64,000 bases of DNA. It comes from a virus. Shown piece after piece: positions 54,777-64,000 of this stretch. The DNA is taken from the IMG/VR virus record IMGVR_UViG_3300047560_000724, positions 16,580 through 80,579 of that record; one strand, written 5' to 3'. The notes below the pieces were generated by a model. The model was not told where the DNA came from, searched no databases, and was given only the letters and a program-made list of their open reading frames with translations. The position numbers were made by a program, and so were the translations under genes. Numbering within the stretch: the stretch's first letter is position 1; every line of letters starts with the position of its first letter.

Positions 54777-55818
54777 TTTTATAAACCTTTGCATTAAAGT
54801 CCCAAGATAGGTCTTCTCTAATTTCTGTTTTGTAAATCATACGCATCGATAGTCGTTGGCTCCATGTCTTCTTCTTGTTTAAGAAATTTTCATCGCCTGT
54901 AAAATTAATAACATACTTCTTGGGCCATAATCTTACATCATCCGTTTTATTAAACAACGGGCGAGTACTCATATATTCAAAACTAAATGTCATAAACAAA
55001 TCGTGATAGAAGAACCTATACATTTTATCATTAGTTGGCAATGTACTTAGATCAGTAATTCTTGACCACACATAGGGCTTAACAAGGTCTGCTTGAATAC
55101 ACATTGCATTATTAAACCACCATTGTATTTGATGTGCTGTTTCTAATGGGAATGGTGCTTTATTAATTAGAGTAGTATATGCTCTAACTACCTCACCGTT
55201 AGGATCGTTCCTTCCGATGAACGAACGGAATACAGGCCACTTAGCATTACCTGCTTCAGTACCTTTGGTAATAGACATTAACTCATTTGAGCCAATTAAG
55301 TAGTCTCCAAGTTCACCTGTGATGACTAACGAGTCTTCGTTCATGTGTACATCATAGTTCATTGGTACTAATGGGATTTTATTTTCTTGAATAAAGTTCC
55401 AGAAGAATAATGGATACTCATCAATGCTTAATGAAGTTAATGAAACTTCAAATTTTCCAGCATCAAGGAATTCTTTAAACTTAGAATTCTTCATAAGTGC
55501 TACTAAGATACAAACGCTGTCAACACCACCGCTGTACATCATGGTGATCTTTCTATCACCCGCTGTTAGGTAAACATCTTCAGCAACTTGATCGCATATA
55601 GAATAAAAACGATCTTCCCAGTCAGATGTTAAATTTTCTAAATTATATACAGGTGCCTTAACAATATTTGTACAGTCGTACACATCTGGAACTTCTAACA
55701 AATTAAATCTATCAACTAAGAAGTCCCAGTTGCCTTGTTGTTTAGCATATCCGTGCCTAAATGAATCTAACGGATAGCTTACATTATTTCTACATAACCA
55801 AACAAACTTATCACTCAT
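54763..55818 (-). CDS. PP-loop ATP pyrophosphatase (asparagine-synthetase-like), group 1
   Basis: YSGGVDS, ITGELGD. Confidence 0.75.
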   Translation of the reverse strand: MSDKFVWLCRNNVSYPLDSFRHGYAKQQGNWDFLVDRFNLLEVPDVYDCTNIVKAPVYNLENLTSDWEDRFYSICDQVAEDVYLTAGDRKITMMYSGGVDSVCILVALMKNSKFKEFLDAGKFEVSLTSLSIDEYPLFFWNFIQENKIPLVPMNYDVHMNEDSLVITGELGDYLIGSNELMSITKGTEAGNAKWPVFRSFIGRNDPNGEVVRAYTTLINKAPFPLETAHQIQWWFNNAMCIQADLVKPYVWSRITDLSTLPTNDKMYRFFYHDLFMTFSFEYMSTRPLFNKTDDVRLWPKKYVINFTGDENFLNKKKTWSQRLSMRMIYKTEIREDLSWDFNAKVYKNGGN

Positions 55819-56867
55819 CTTAAAACCTTTGTCGAAACAAAATCTAAAGTTATTTCCCCGCGAAGGTGTTTTACTAGATCATGTATGGGTGTTACTACTG
55901 CCTGCGTCTTGTACTGAGCATTACTGTTCTTCTTAACTAACTTAGTATAGTTTGTCATCTGTATAGCACCCGCCGGATCAAGCCACGCTTTTTCAAATCC
56001 TGTATACTTACGCCCTTGCACTATCTCGGGCCAGCTTGAAACTACAACCATTGGCTTGTAGAAAAACTCAAACAGTTTCCATCTTGCTTTTGGATTTTTA
56101 GTCCAGTCACAATACACACTATACAATTGATCATGGGCATTTAAGAACGCACTGATAACTGGGTGGTCAAACATTGCTAAAAGAATTTCTGGGGTGTATA
56201 ACAAAAAGCTAGTAGTACCTTCATAGTTGTTTGCAATCAAGTGTTGCATAATTGGTTGTGGATTCTGCCACCACACTGGTACAGTTAAACCGTTGGTCAT
56301 CAGTGGAAGTTCTAGATCAGGTGTTGCTGTATTATTATACGGCATTACATTGATTGATCCCTCGCCTGATACATAACAAGCATCATTGCCTAACTTATCG
56401 ATAATATCGGTATGTATAATAGATTCTACATTCCAAAAGCCGTACTGTTTAGCATACTGTACACCCTTTGTTTTATAAAAATTAGCGAGGTAAATCTTAT
56501 GTTCTTCCCAGCCTATGTTATGATCAATACAAAATTGATATGCTTTTTTAGTATCTTGGCTGTTGATAATAGCACCAGTTGAATCGTACAATGATGCAAT
56601 TATTGTCGTAAACTCTACACCTGCTTCTTTAAATGCTAGGCAAATTGCTTGACTGTCAGTGCCGCCACTAAAACTTACTACAATAGGTTTTGTTGCGGCT
56701 TCTGCAATCTTTCTAGCTACATCTATACACTCGTGCCTAAACGACCCTACTTCTCTGGAAACCTGCCCGACTGACATTTTAAATTTTGATTCGGGGATCA
56801 TAGGGTTGAACCATTCGTCGCCCCACCCCCATTTTAGATGGTTGTCTTTTGTATACTCAAAACTCAT
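55815..56867 (-). CDS. PP-loop ATP pyrophosphatase-like, group 2
   Basis: FSGGTDS. Confidence 0.7.
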   Translation of the reverse strand: MSFEYTKDNHLKWGWGDEWFNPMIPESKFKMSVGQVSREVGSFRHECIDVARKIAEAATKPIVVSFSGGTDSQAICLAFKEAGVEFTTIIASLYDSTGAIINSQDTKKAYQFCIDHNIGWEEHKIYLANFYKTKGVQYAKQYGFWNVESIIHTDIIDKLGNDACYVSGEGSINVMPYNNTATPDLELPLMTNGLTVPVWWQNPQPIMQHLIANNYEGTTSFLLYTPEILLAMFDHPVISAFLNAHDQLYSVYCDWTKNPKARWKLFEFFYKPMVVVSSWPEIVQGRKYTGFEKAWLDPAGAIQMTNYTKLVKKNSNAQYKTQAVVTPIHDLVKHLRGEITLDFVSTKVLR

Positions 56868-56972
56868 TATTAACCTTTTAATGTGTCATATTTACTCTTC
56901 CTAGTATAACACATATAGAAATTATGGTCAAAAGAATAGGGCCCAAAGAGCCCTATACTGTGTTAGTTTAAC

Positions 56973-57278
56973 TTAAACTTCAGCAAATGTTTTAGTAACT
57001 TGTTCGCCAGCACTAACTGCGTGTTGTAGAAACTGTTTCATTTCTGTAGTTTCTAAAGCAGCGGTAGCTGCGGCCACCCATGCAGCTTTGTTTGTCCAAG
57101 TGTGTTCTGTAAGAAACTCAGATGCGTTATCTGGGTTAACAGTCCAAGAACCGCTTACAAAGCCAGGTTGAGCTTGGAAGAACGCTTTAATTGCGTTGAA
57201 CGATGTTGGGTTCGCATTTTGGAACCACTGTGTGCTTGGGTCTGTTTTTACTGTAACAGCAGAATATTTAAATGCCAT
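56973..57278 (-). CDS. Small hypothetical protein
   Basis: AGGAG SD; hairpin ATAGGGC/GCCCTAT downstream. Confidence 0.75.
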   Translation of the reverse strand: MAFKYSAVTVKTDPSTQWFQNANPTSFNAIKAFFQAQPGFVSGSWTVNPDNASEFLTEHTWTNKAAWVAAATAALETTEMKQFLQHAVSAGEQVTKTFAEV

Positions 57279-57356
57279 AATTTGTTCTCCTATTCGTTTC
57301 CGAACAATGTTTATTACTTTTATTTATCCTTCAGCAGTAAAAAGGTAAGTAAAACT

Positions 57357-57953
57357 ATGAAAAATGCCGATTCTTTTTTAGTCGTTGATACAGCAAAAAA
57401 CCGCGACTACGACTATTTGTGGGCAGATTTCTTTAAAGTATTAGAGCAAACAGACGACCCGTTAAAAGCAAACTATACAGGGCTAGACCCCACTCAATTT
57501 GCAAGTTTACCTGTTGTGATCAAGGATGACAAGATTGTATGTTTTAGTGGCCTACAAGTTATTCCTAGCAAGTGGGGGAATGGTATTGCCCGTTGCAGTG
57601 CGAGAATGTGGTACCACCCAGACTACCGATTGAAAGGGTTGAGCAAATTTACAGGCGGTGATAAATTTTTAAATTCTACATTTTGTATGCCTATCCAACT
57701 AGCGGTAGCAAGGCAATTAGGATTAGACTGCTTATTCATCAGTAGAGAAAGTAACATCAAGGGGTTTGAGCAATACCTTAACTTGCTCAAGGTTAATGCT
57801 CATGTTGATTTTACATTAGAGCCAGATTGGTATAATGTATGCGGAAAGCTAGATCCTGTTCCACATAGTTGTAAACAAGTAGTTGCGCTACACTACCTAA
57901 CTAGCCAAGGCGCTAGTGTTTGGCAGAATAATATGCTACAATTTAAGTTATGA
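57357..57953 (+). CDS. GNAT-like protein
   Basis: RMWYHPDYRLKG; start MKNADS. Confidence 0.6.
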   Translation: MKNADSFLVVDTAKNRDYDYLWADFFKVLEQTDDPLKANYTGLDPTQFASLPVVIKDDKIVCFSGLQVIPSKWGNGIARCSARMWYHPDYRLKGLSKFTGGDKFLNSTFCMPIQLAVARQLGLDCLFISRESNIKGFEQYLNLLKVNAHVDFTLEPDWYNVCGKLDPVPHSCKQVVALHYLTSQGASVWQNNMLQFKL

Positions 57954-58867
57954 TATTTTCAAAAAACAATCATATTAACTATTGGTACAACAATGATCCT
58001 AGTTGTTTGACTAGGACTAATGAATATGACATTTTAAATTTTAGCATCGGCTCAATAAACAGAGCCCCGTTATCATTTAAAGAAGAGTGTATTATTGCCG
58101 CAAAAGAAATACATCAAACATACCCAGACATTCATATAGGACTAACAGGTGGACTCGATAGTAATATATGTTTGGACAGTTTTATGTCCGCGGGTATAAC
58201 ACCAGGAATTTTTATTATTAAATTTCCTAACGGGTTAAACAGTTTTGATGCAGATTACGCAGAAGCAAAATGTACACGACTAGGTATTAAGCCGATTGTT
58301 ATCGACTTTGATCCTTTAGAGTTCATTAGCACTAGGCTAATGGCAACAGTTGAACAGTATCAGATTTATTCCTTGTATCAAGCGATACACATAGATGCTT
58401 GTAAAACTTTAAGTGTTCCACATATTAGCGTTGACGAAATTGAATTACGCAGAGATGTTGCTCCGGAGATAGAATGGTGTTTTGTTAAAAAAGAAGATCA
58501 AGACATGTGCTGGCGGAGGTATGCATCTATTGACAGTATACCTGCACTGAATAATTTCTATACTTGGAGTCCTGAGCTTATGCTATCTTTCTTACAATTA
58601 CCTACAATTAAGAAACTAGCAAATAATGAGTTAATCGGTAAACTAGCATGGAACAGCTCTAAGTATGCAGTCTACACAGAAGGCGGTTTTGGCAATGTAC
58701 CTAATCGGCCTAAGACTTGGGGTGTAGAAAAGATCTACAACGAATGGGAAAATAGTCAAGCAGACATTGATCAACAGGTCATAGGGCCACCTAGATCTTG
58801 TTATGTTGGCTATAACGAATTGATCACAGCATTAGAACACGGAGGCGGACAGTGGAAGTACATATAA
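57950..58867 (+). CDS. PP-loop ATP pyrophosphatase-like, group 2
   Basis: LTGGLDS; SFKEECI.AA, F.TWSPEL. Confidence 0.7.
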   Translation: MIFSKNNHINYWYNNDPSCLTRTNEYDILNFSIGSINRAPLSFKEECIIAAKEIHQTYPDIHIGLTGGLDSNICLDSFMSAGITPGIFIIKFPNGLNSFDADYAEAKCTRLGIKPIVIDFDPLEFISTRLMATVEQYQIYSLYQAIHIDACKTLSVPHISVDEIELRRDVAPEIEWCFVKKEDQDMCWRRYASIDSIPALNNFYTWSPELMLSFLQLPTIKKLANNELIGKLAWNSSKYAVYTEGGFGNVPNRPKTWGVEKIYNEWENSQADIDQQVIGPPRSCYVGYNELITALEHGGGQWKYI

Positions 58868-59421
58868 GAAAATTAATACAAGAAGATCTAGCAGAACTAT
58901 CTGCTATGGCTAAAGACAAGACCTCTGCAAATAGAGAGGGCTATGCAGACTTTGCAGGTATCGGTAACGATACGATCTTTCACTTGTATGTACTACCCAG
59001 TGATGTCCGTGGCTCACAGTTATTTTCAAGTTACGGATATTTTGTAGATGGACAAATGGTTGCTGCCATTGGTACTAGAGCTTTAAACTTAACACCTAGT
59101 TGGATTCTAAGTTTCATTGTAACCCGTCCAGAATGTATTAGTAGCGTGTCTGCAATTAAAGACTTAATCGATTATGTGATTGCCGAGCAAGAACGCAAAG
59201 GCTACTTCCATTGGTATGTAGTGTCTGCTAACAAGAGATTCAGTGTGTGGCAACGATTGTTCAAACACTTACGAGAGAAGTACCATCACTTTACCTATGC
59301 GGTAGTTCCTGCTAATCAGCCTCCGGAGAAGTTAGACCTTTTGGACATAACCGGAAGGAAGATGTTTCCCTACGATATCACGATAAGTATGTATGTCTCT
59401 AAGAGCTTATGTACATCATGA
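58852..59421 (+). CDS. GNAT-like protein
   Basis: IRKL..EDL...GYFVDGQMVA. Confidence 0.5.
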   Translation: MEVHIRKLIQEDLAELSAMAKDKTSANREGYADFAGIGNDTIFHLYVLPSDVRGSQLFSSYGYFVDGQMVAAIGTRALNLTPSWILSFIVTRPECISSVSAIKDLIDYVIAEQERKGYFHWYVVSANKRFSVWQRLFKHLREKYHHFTYAVVPANQPPEKLDLLDITGRKMFPYDITISMYVSKSLCTS

Positions 59422-60251
59422 AAAATACATTTTTATACAACATTCTTTATCCTGTCCATGCTGTTGCATGGATTGGTTTAGCACTATACTTGTGCTTCTT
59501 TGACTTCACATGGGTCAATGCACTACAGGTATTTTTTGGTTGGGTTATTATTGAAGGGCTAGGAGTTGCTGTTGTGCTACATCGTCTAGTATCACACAGG
59601 GCTGTAGAAATCCGCCCAGGTCTCAAACCTATTCTACTTTGGATTAGCTGTTTAAGTTTACAAGGTAGTCCACTGGGGTGGGCTGCTATTCACCGTGGCA
59701 GTCACCATAGATATGCTGATACTGAGAAAGATGCACATAGTCCGCTCCACGGTACGCTGTACTCTTGGCACTTGTGGTTAAGAGATTGGGACAAATACTT
59801 TAATCCTAAGTATGCTATTGACCTTATAAGAGATCCAATGCACATGTGGTTTGCCAAGCATTACAATTATATCATCATAGGCACTTATATTGTTGTAGGA
59901 TTATTCAGCTGGCAACTGTTGCTATTTGGATTTATGATTCCAGCGGCAATTAGCCTATACCAAGAAAGCAATATCAATGTGTTTTGCCACAGACTAGGAT
60001 TTGGTTACAGAAATTTTGATACTAAAGATTGGAGTAGAAACATACCTTTCCTAGCATGGATTACATGGGGACAGGGATGGCATAACAATCATCATGCTAA
60101 AGCAGCCGCATACGACTTTGGTACAACTACTAGCGGCAACCCTGCAGAATGGGACATGAGTCTTATCTTTGTTCCCCTAATTGCTACTAAAGAAAGTAGA
60201 ACTAAAATATTTGAAGGTCGTAAAAATGCAATGGCGAACACTAATAGTTAA
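59409..60251 (+). CDS. Acyl-CoA/fatty-acid delta-9-type desaturase
   Basis: His boxes HRLVSH, HRGSHH, WHNNHH; TM segments. Confidence 0.9.
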   Translation: MYIMKNTFLYNILYPVHAVAWIGLALYLCFFDFTWVNALQVFFGWVIIEGLGVAVVLHRLVSHRAVEIRPGLKPILLWISCLSLQGSPLGWAAIHRGSHHRYADTEKDAHSPLHGTLYSWHLWLRDWDKYFNPKYAIDLIRDPMHMWFAKHYNYIIIGTYIVVGLFSWQLLLFGFMIPAAISLYQESNINVFCHRLGFGYRNFDTKDWSRNIPFLAWITWGQGWHNNHHAKAAAYDFGTTTSGNPAEWDMSLIFVPLIATKESRTKIFEGRKNAMANTNS

Positions 60252-60768
60252 TCCAGAAAATTGGGTTGTAGGTGAGTCTAATATTAAAGATGTTATGTTG
60301 TGGGCAATTACTGACATGCCTTGGTTGCATATTAGAACCCACGGCGGACTAGCAGAAACTAGATTCCCCTTCCAACTAAAAACATCTAGTTGGACAAGCG
60401 TCAGTATCAACGAAGACGCATGGATTGATCAAGATGTTGCAGACCTTGCTACTAAGTTAAAGAAACGAATTGTATTGCTACAAGAGTTGTATTACCGTTT
60501 AGAAATTGCACATCAGAATCAAGGATTAGGTAATGCTAACTTTAACATTATTGATTTCTACAACTATCTTGTAGACAAGAAAGTTATCGCTGGAGAATCT
60601 CCAGCTGATGCTTCAATTACCTTTGAAAACAAAATACAAGTCATGAAGCACTTAGATAGTATTAAACGCAAGACCATTGACGAATGTTTAACTTGTAATA
60701 CTGACGAAGACTTTGCACAGGCAAAGAAAAATATGGAACGCTTGTTCTTTACTAATATACTGTTATGA
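60226..60768 (+). CDS. Hypothetical partner of PP-loop enzyme
   Basis: Overlaps 60765 gene. Confidence 0.65.
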   Translation: MQWRTLIVNPENWVVGESNIKDVMLWAITDMPWLHIRTHGGLAETRFPFQLKTSSWTSVSINEDAWIDQDVADLATKLKKRIVLLQELYYRLEIAHQNQGLGNANFNIIDFYNYLVDKKVIAGESPADASITFENKIQVMKHLDSIKRKTIDECLTCNTDEDFAQAKKNMERLFFTNILL

Positions 60769-61790
60769 ACTTAGTATATTATCACCCAATTGCATTGCAC
60801 ACAATGAATGGAATGCAAAAGTCTGTCAACCCACTAATTAGTGTAATGGATCGTACAGGATTGAACTGGCCTGATCTTAATTGTAAAGTCTTGTTTCCAA
60901 TGCCTTACAATCTACACGCTGTTGATTTTTATCAAGCGTCTGCTAATAGAATAACAGAAATTACTAATCGAGAAGGGCTAATAACAATCCTTTGGAGTGG
61001 CGGCATTGACAGCACTTATATATTTTGTCTAATGCTTGAAACTGGTATTGCTCAACGGTTATCTAGTGAAGGTAGATTATGTATTGCCCTGAACGCAGAT
61101 AGCATTAGAGAAAATCCTAATATGTATAACAACATTATTAAGAAAGGATTCTTTAATTGTGTTGTTCAATCAGATCGTGTATTAGATAACCCGCATCTAT
61201 ATCCTACTATCATTACAGGTGAAATGGCTGATAACCTAGTTGGCAGCTTAACTATGAAAAGTTGTGTAGACTACTATAATGACTTTAGTGTGGTACACGA
61301 GGATTGGCGCCAGCGTGGCATAGAATGGTTTGTTAGAAACCGTGATAGCGCAGAAACAACAGAAGTTAGAAACCTAATTGACGCTATGTTAGAGAAGAGT
61401 CCAATTGAAATTAAAACAAGTCACGACTTATTTTGGTATCTTAATTTTAATCTTAAATGGCAAGCAGTTAATTTTAGAATCGCTAGTCACGCAAAAGACA
61501 ATCCTGTAGGCAACAGCTTAATCAACAACCTAGTACATTTCTTTAATACAGAAGAATTCCAAATATGGAGTCTAACTGAAGGTCACTACTTTGAAGGAAC
61601 TAGCTGGAGTGATTATAAGCGTGTGATGAAGAAAAAGATTTTTGATGTAACTAATGATGCAGATTACTTTAAGTATAAAACAAAGTACCCATCACTTCCT
61701 GGCCTATTGCGTTATAAAGATACTTTTGACTTTATATATCAAGACGGTGACAATTATCAATTCTCAAAAACTCTTATAAGTCTTGAATAA
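60765..61790 (+). CDS. PP-loop ATP pyrophosphatase (asparagine-synthetase-like), group 1
   Basis: WSGGIDS, ITGEMAD. Confidence 0.75.
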   Translation: MNLVYYHPIALHTMNGMQKSVNPLISVMDRTGLNWPDLNCKVLFPMPYNLHAVDFYQASANRITEITNREGLITILWSGGIDSTYIFCLMLETGIAQRLSSEGRLCIALNADSIRENPNMYNNIIKKGFFNCVVQSDRVLDNPHLYPTIITGEMADNLVGSLTMKSCVDYYNDFSVVHEDWRQRGIEWFVRNRDSAETTEVRNLIDAMLEKSPIEIKTSHDLFWYLNFNLKWQAVNFRIASHAKDNPVGNSLINNLVHFFNTEEFQIWSLTEGHYFEGTSWSDYKRVMKKKIFDVTNDADYFKYKTKYPSLPGLLRYKDTFDFIYQDGDNYQFSKTLISLE

Positions 61791-62198
61791 TATATCCCAT
61801 GCTGGAGTAAATACTCCGTAATTTACTTTTGAGTTAGAGTGGTGTAATAAGTGCCACTTACCACTAGTTAGCCAAGGGTATATGTTAAAATGTTTATTGT
61901 GCTCAATAGCTTCTTGTATTAATGCAGCCCACACATAATAAAATACTGCAATCCACCAGTGTCCAGTTAGCCAGCAAAACAATAGTGTAGGAATAACTTC
62001 AGTTATCCATTGATCAGCTGTACTCTTAACAGTATCAACATACAAGAATAAAGTTTTCCAGTTCCAGCCTACTGATTCTTGTATAACTTGTTTATGGTGG
62101 TCAGCATGTATGTTTCTCACATAGGGCAACATATGAGCTAGCCTATGATTTACATACAGCATTAAAGTCCACGCTATGAACGCAACAATATAAATCAT
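61764..62198 (-). CDS. Sterol desaturase/fatty-acid hydroxylase family
   Basis: HRLAH, HADHH, HLLHH...NYG....WD..F.T. Confidence 0.85.
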   Translation of the reverse strand: MIYIVAFIAWTLMLYVNHRLAHMLPYVRNIHADHHKQVIQESVGWNWKTLFLYVDTVKSTADQWITEVIPTLLFCWLTGHWWIAVFYYVWAALIQEAIEHNKHFNIYPWLTSGKWHLLHHSNSKVNYGVFTPAWDILFKTYKSF

Positions 62199-63670
62199 AG
62201 GTCTAGTAATCGTTGGTAATAAGTTTTAAACCAAATAGTTGCCCGCTCACGCATTTCGTCCTTACTGAAGCTAGATCTCTTTGCTGTTCTAACATGATCC
62301 CATTCGTATCCCAATGTCATCATGCTAATAGCACCCCAGCTATCCCATTTTAATCCACGGCGTTGTTTATTTAAAATGTCCTTGGCAATGTAAGTAGCAT
62401 TGTCGTATGTCCATCTAGTTGCTTTGTGTTGCCAGTAACCGTACCGTTCATCATCAGGATGATAATACCCGTATTTGTCTGCGTTAAGACTAAACTCACT
62501 ACTAAATGCACGGCCGTCATATTTTTCAATACCTAGTGGTTTGAAGTTCCAAGACCCGATCTTATTTTCTAAGAACCACTTTGATGATTCTTGTAAGTCT
62601 TCAACAGTTTCAGTTACACCGTCTTCTCTAGCAAGTCCTACAATCATACTAATATGAATTACAACTTCATCATTCCACGCTTCATGTATTAACCAAGGTA
62701 GCCATTCTTTTGCGTGTTTGCCACTCCAGCCTTTACCGATAAGTTTACTCATCTCAGGATGGAAGGTTTCAATACCAAAGTGTGCGCCACGGAGTCCTGA
62801 ATCCTTTAGCATCTGAATAGTTTCAGGAAAACGATGTAACAAGTCTGCTCGTAAGTATGTAGCATACCTAATTTGAAATGGCAGGGTCTGCGTCATTTCA
62901 TAGAATGATTTTACTTTATCAACCGTATCGTTAAATGTATCATCTAGCAAATAATAGTTTGTAGTTCCAAAGCGTTCGTAGTTATCTACTAGTTCAGCCC
63001 GGATGTGTTCCATCTTTCTTGTGTAGTCATTTTTACTACGGCCTAATAACGGATACTGACAGAACTTACATTTAAAGATACACCCTCTACTAATTTCAAG
63101 AGGTAGAGTTTCACCTGGCATGATCAAATCGTTGTCTGCCCATTTATGATCACACTCTTCAATGTTGAATCTTGTTTGATTAGATTCTCTATAGAACTTT
63201 ACCTTATGTGGTAACTCTCTAACGCCCTTAGGTTCGCCTGTACCAGTGTCACAAAATTCAACAAGCTCTAGTAGTATGTCTTCTGCTAGTCCGACTACAA
63301 CACAATCAAACAATGCTGTAATCTCTGGGCTGTATGTTTCAGCTTTATTTCCACCAAGCACAAGTTTTATATTGGGATATTTCTTTCTAACCTTTTTAAG
63401 TACCTTAGCAATGTTATCAGGAAACTCACGCTTCATAAAGAATGTTGAGCTAACACCAAGCACTAGCGTTTCGTCAGAAACAAACTTTTCAGTTAAGTTC
63501 CATAGTGTACTAACTTTATATTTGGCCTGGGATCCTTTTACAACAAAGTCAATGACTTGTGTTGAATACCCATGCTTTCTAAGCCAATGTGCTAATTGGT
63601 AGGGGCCAATATATCTCTGCGCTAACAAAAAACTATTTTGCAGGGCAGACCAAAATACTACTTTCGCCAC
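62195..63670 (-). CDS. B12-binding radical SAM protein
   Basis: B12-binding N-terminus; SRGCIFKCKFC, DDTF, GIET. Confidence 0.88.
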   Translation of the reverse strand: MAKVVFWSALQNSFLLAQRYIGPYQLAHWLRKHGYSTQVIDFVVKGSQAKYKVSTLWNLTEKFVSDETLVLGVSSTFFMKREFPDNIAKVLKKVRKKYPNIKLVLGGNKAETYSPEITALFDCVVVGLAEDILLELVEFCDTGTGEPKGVRELPHKVKFYRESNQTRFNIEECDHKWADNDLIMPGETLPLEISRGCIFKCKFCQYPLLGRSKNDYTRKMEHIRAELVDNYERFGTTNYYLLDDTFNDTVDKVKSFYEMTQTLPFQIRYATYLRADLLHRFPETIQMLKDSGLRGAHFGIETFHPEMSKLIGKGWSGKHAKEWLPWLIHEAWNDEVVIHISMIVGLAREDGVTETVEDLQESSKWFLENKIGSWNFKPLGIEKYDGRAFSSEFSLNADKYGYYHPDDERYGYWQHKATRWTYDNATYIAKDILNKQRRGLKWDSWGAISMMTLGYEWDHVRTAKRSSFSKDEMRERATIWFKTYYQRLLDL

Positions 63671-63770
63671 GAGATGTTAACTCCAAAAGAAAATCGACTG
63701 TTCAATTTCATACTAACCTTTATTAAAAATTCCTAGTATTTATTGATACAGTCGATTGTATAAAAATAAG

Positions 63771-63887
63771 TTAGCTATTTAATACCTTAGCAACACTATT
63801 CATAACACTAGCAATGCGACCGATGTCACGAAGTTGTTCTACGGTGTAGCCTTCCTTCTTGAGCGTGTCATAATGTGCCTTAACACA
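63771..63887 (-). pseudogene. ahpD: C-terminal remnant of AhpD-like alkylhydroperoxidase
   Basis: CVKAHYDTLKKEG.TVEQLRDIGRIASV; in-frame TAA just upstream, no start. Confidence 0.6.
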
Positions 63888-63889
63888 GG

Positions 63890-64000
63890 TTAATCTTTAT
63901 CTTTCAATCTTTCCCACGAGGCATTAGCAGTATCTTGATTTTTCTTAGCATACTTAGGATCAGTGTCTGCTTGCTTAGAAGTCACTCTATCTACTGCTCG
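63890..64000 (-). CDS. Partial CDS (3' end at window edge)
   Basis: Open frame ...NASWERLKDKD*. Confidence 0.5.
   Translation of the reverse strand, partial: RAVDRVTSKQADTDPKYAKKNQDTANASWERLKDKD

Noticed and set aside
50460-61790. Firm call of a lasso-peptide gene cluster
   Set aside because: No precursor with a recognisable leader/core and no identifiable RRE or transglutaminase-like B protein; kept only as one hypothesis.
1-64000. Alternative genetic code (stop-codon reassignment)
   Set aside because: Conserved genes are full length in the standard code and genes pack tightly; no canonical suppressor tRNA is present.

Overview
A 64-kb segment of a large AT-rich tailed dsDNA (jumbo-type) bacteriophage in the standard genetic code. 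The host is probably a proteobacterium, inferred from ErpA, TctC, DctP, an RpoZ-like protein and sigma70-type promoters. 1-32 kb (mostly minus strand) carries a clamp loader, GroES, a DnaE fragment, virion proteins, ErpA, SOD, UvsE, two QueD paralogs behind a candidate preQ1-like pseudoknot, radical SAMs, DNA ligase, ClpP and IF-1. 32.5-37 kb and 50-64 kb are accessory enzyme islands: seven SGGxDS-type PP-loop ATPases, 2OG-Fe(II) oxygenases, desaturases, a B12-radical SAM, GNATs and solute-binding proteins. The most striking part is the minus-strand RNA locus at 37-50 kb. Three tandem sigma70 promoters precede a 48-codon leader ORF that uses all 20 amino acids (37 different codons) and is coupled to a terminator/antiterminator pair. 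Downstream is an array of 39 tRNA or tRNA-like genes covering all 20 amino acids, with aberrant second copies concentrated near the leader. Seven copies of a covarying stem + ACAGCAA RNA module lie in and just after the array; four of them display anticodon stem-loops or circularly permuted tRNA bodies (Y-RNA/YrlA-like). The locus ends in a TROVE/Ro60-like vWA protein gene and a phosphatase/phosphoesterase/kinase cluster. My inference is a tRNA-damage-sensing, anticodon-decoy and tRNA-replacement counter-defence system. All RNA structures were read by eye and no database search was run.
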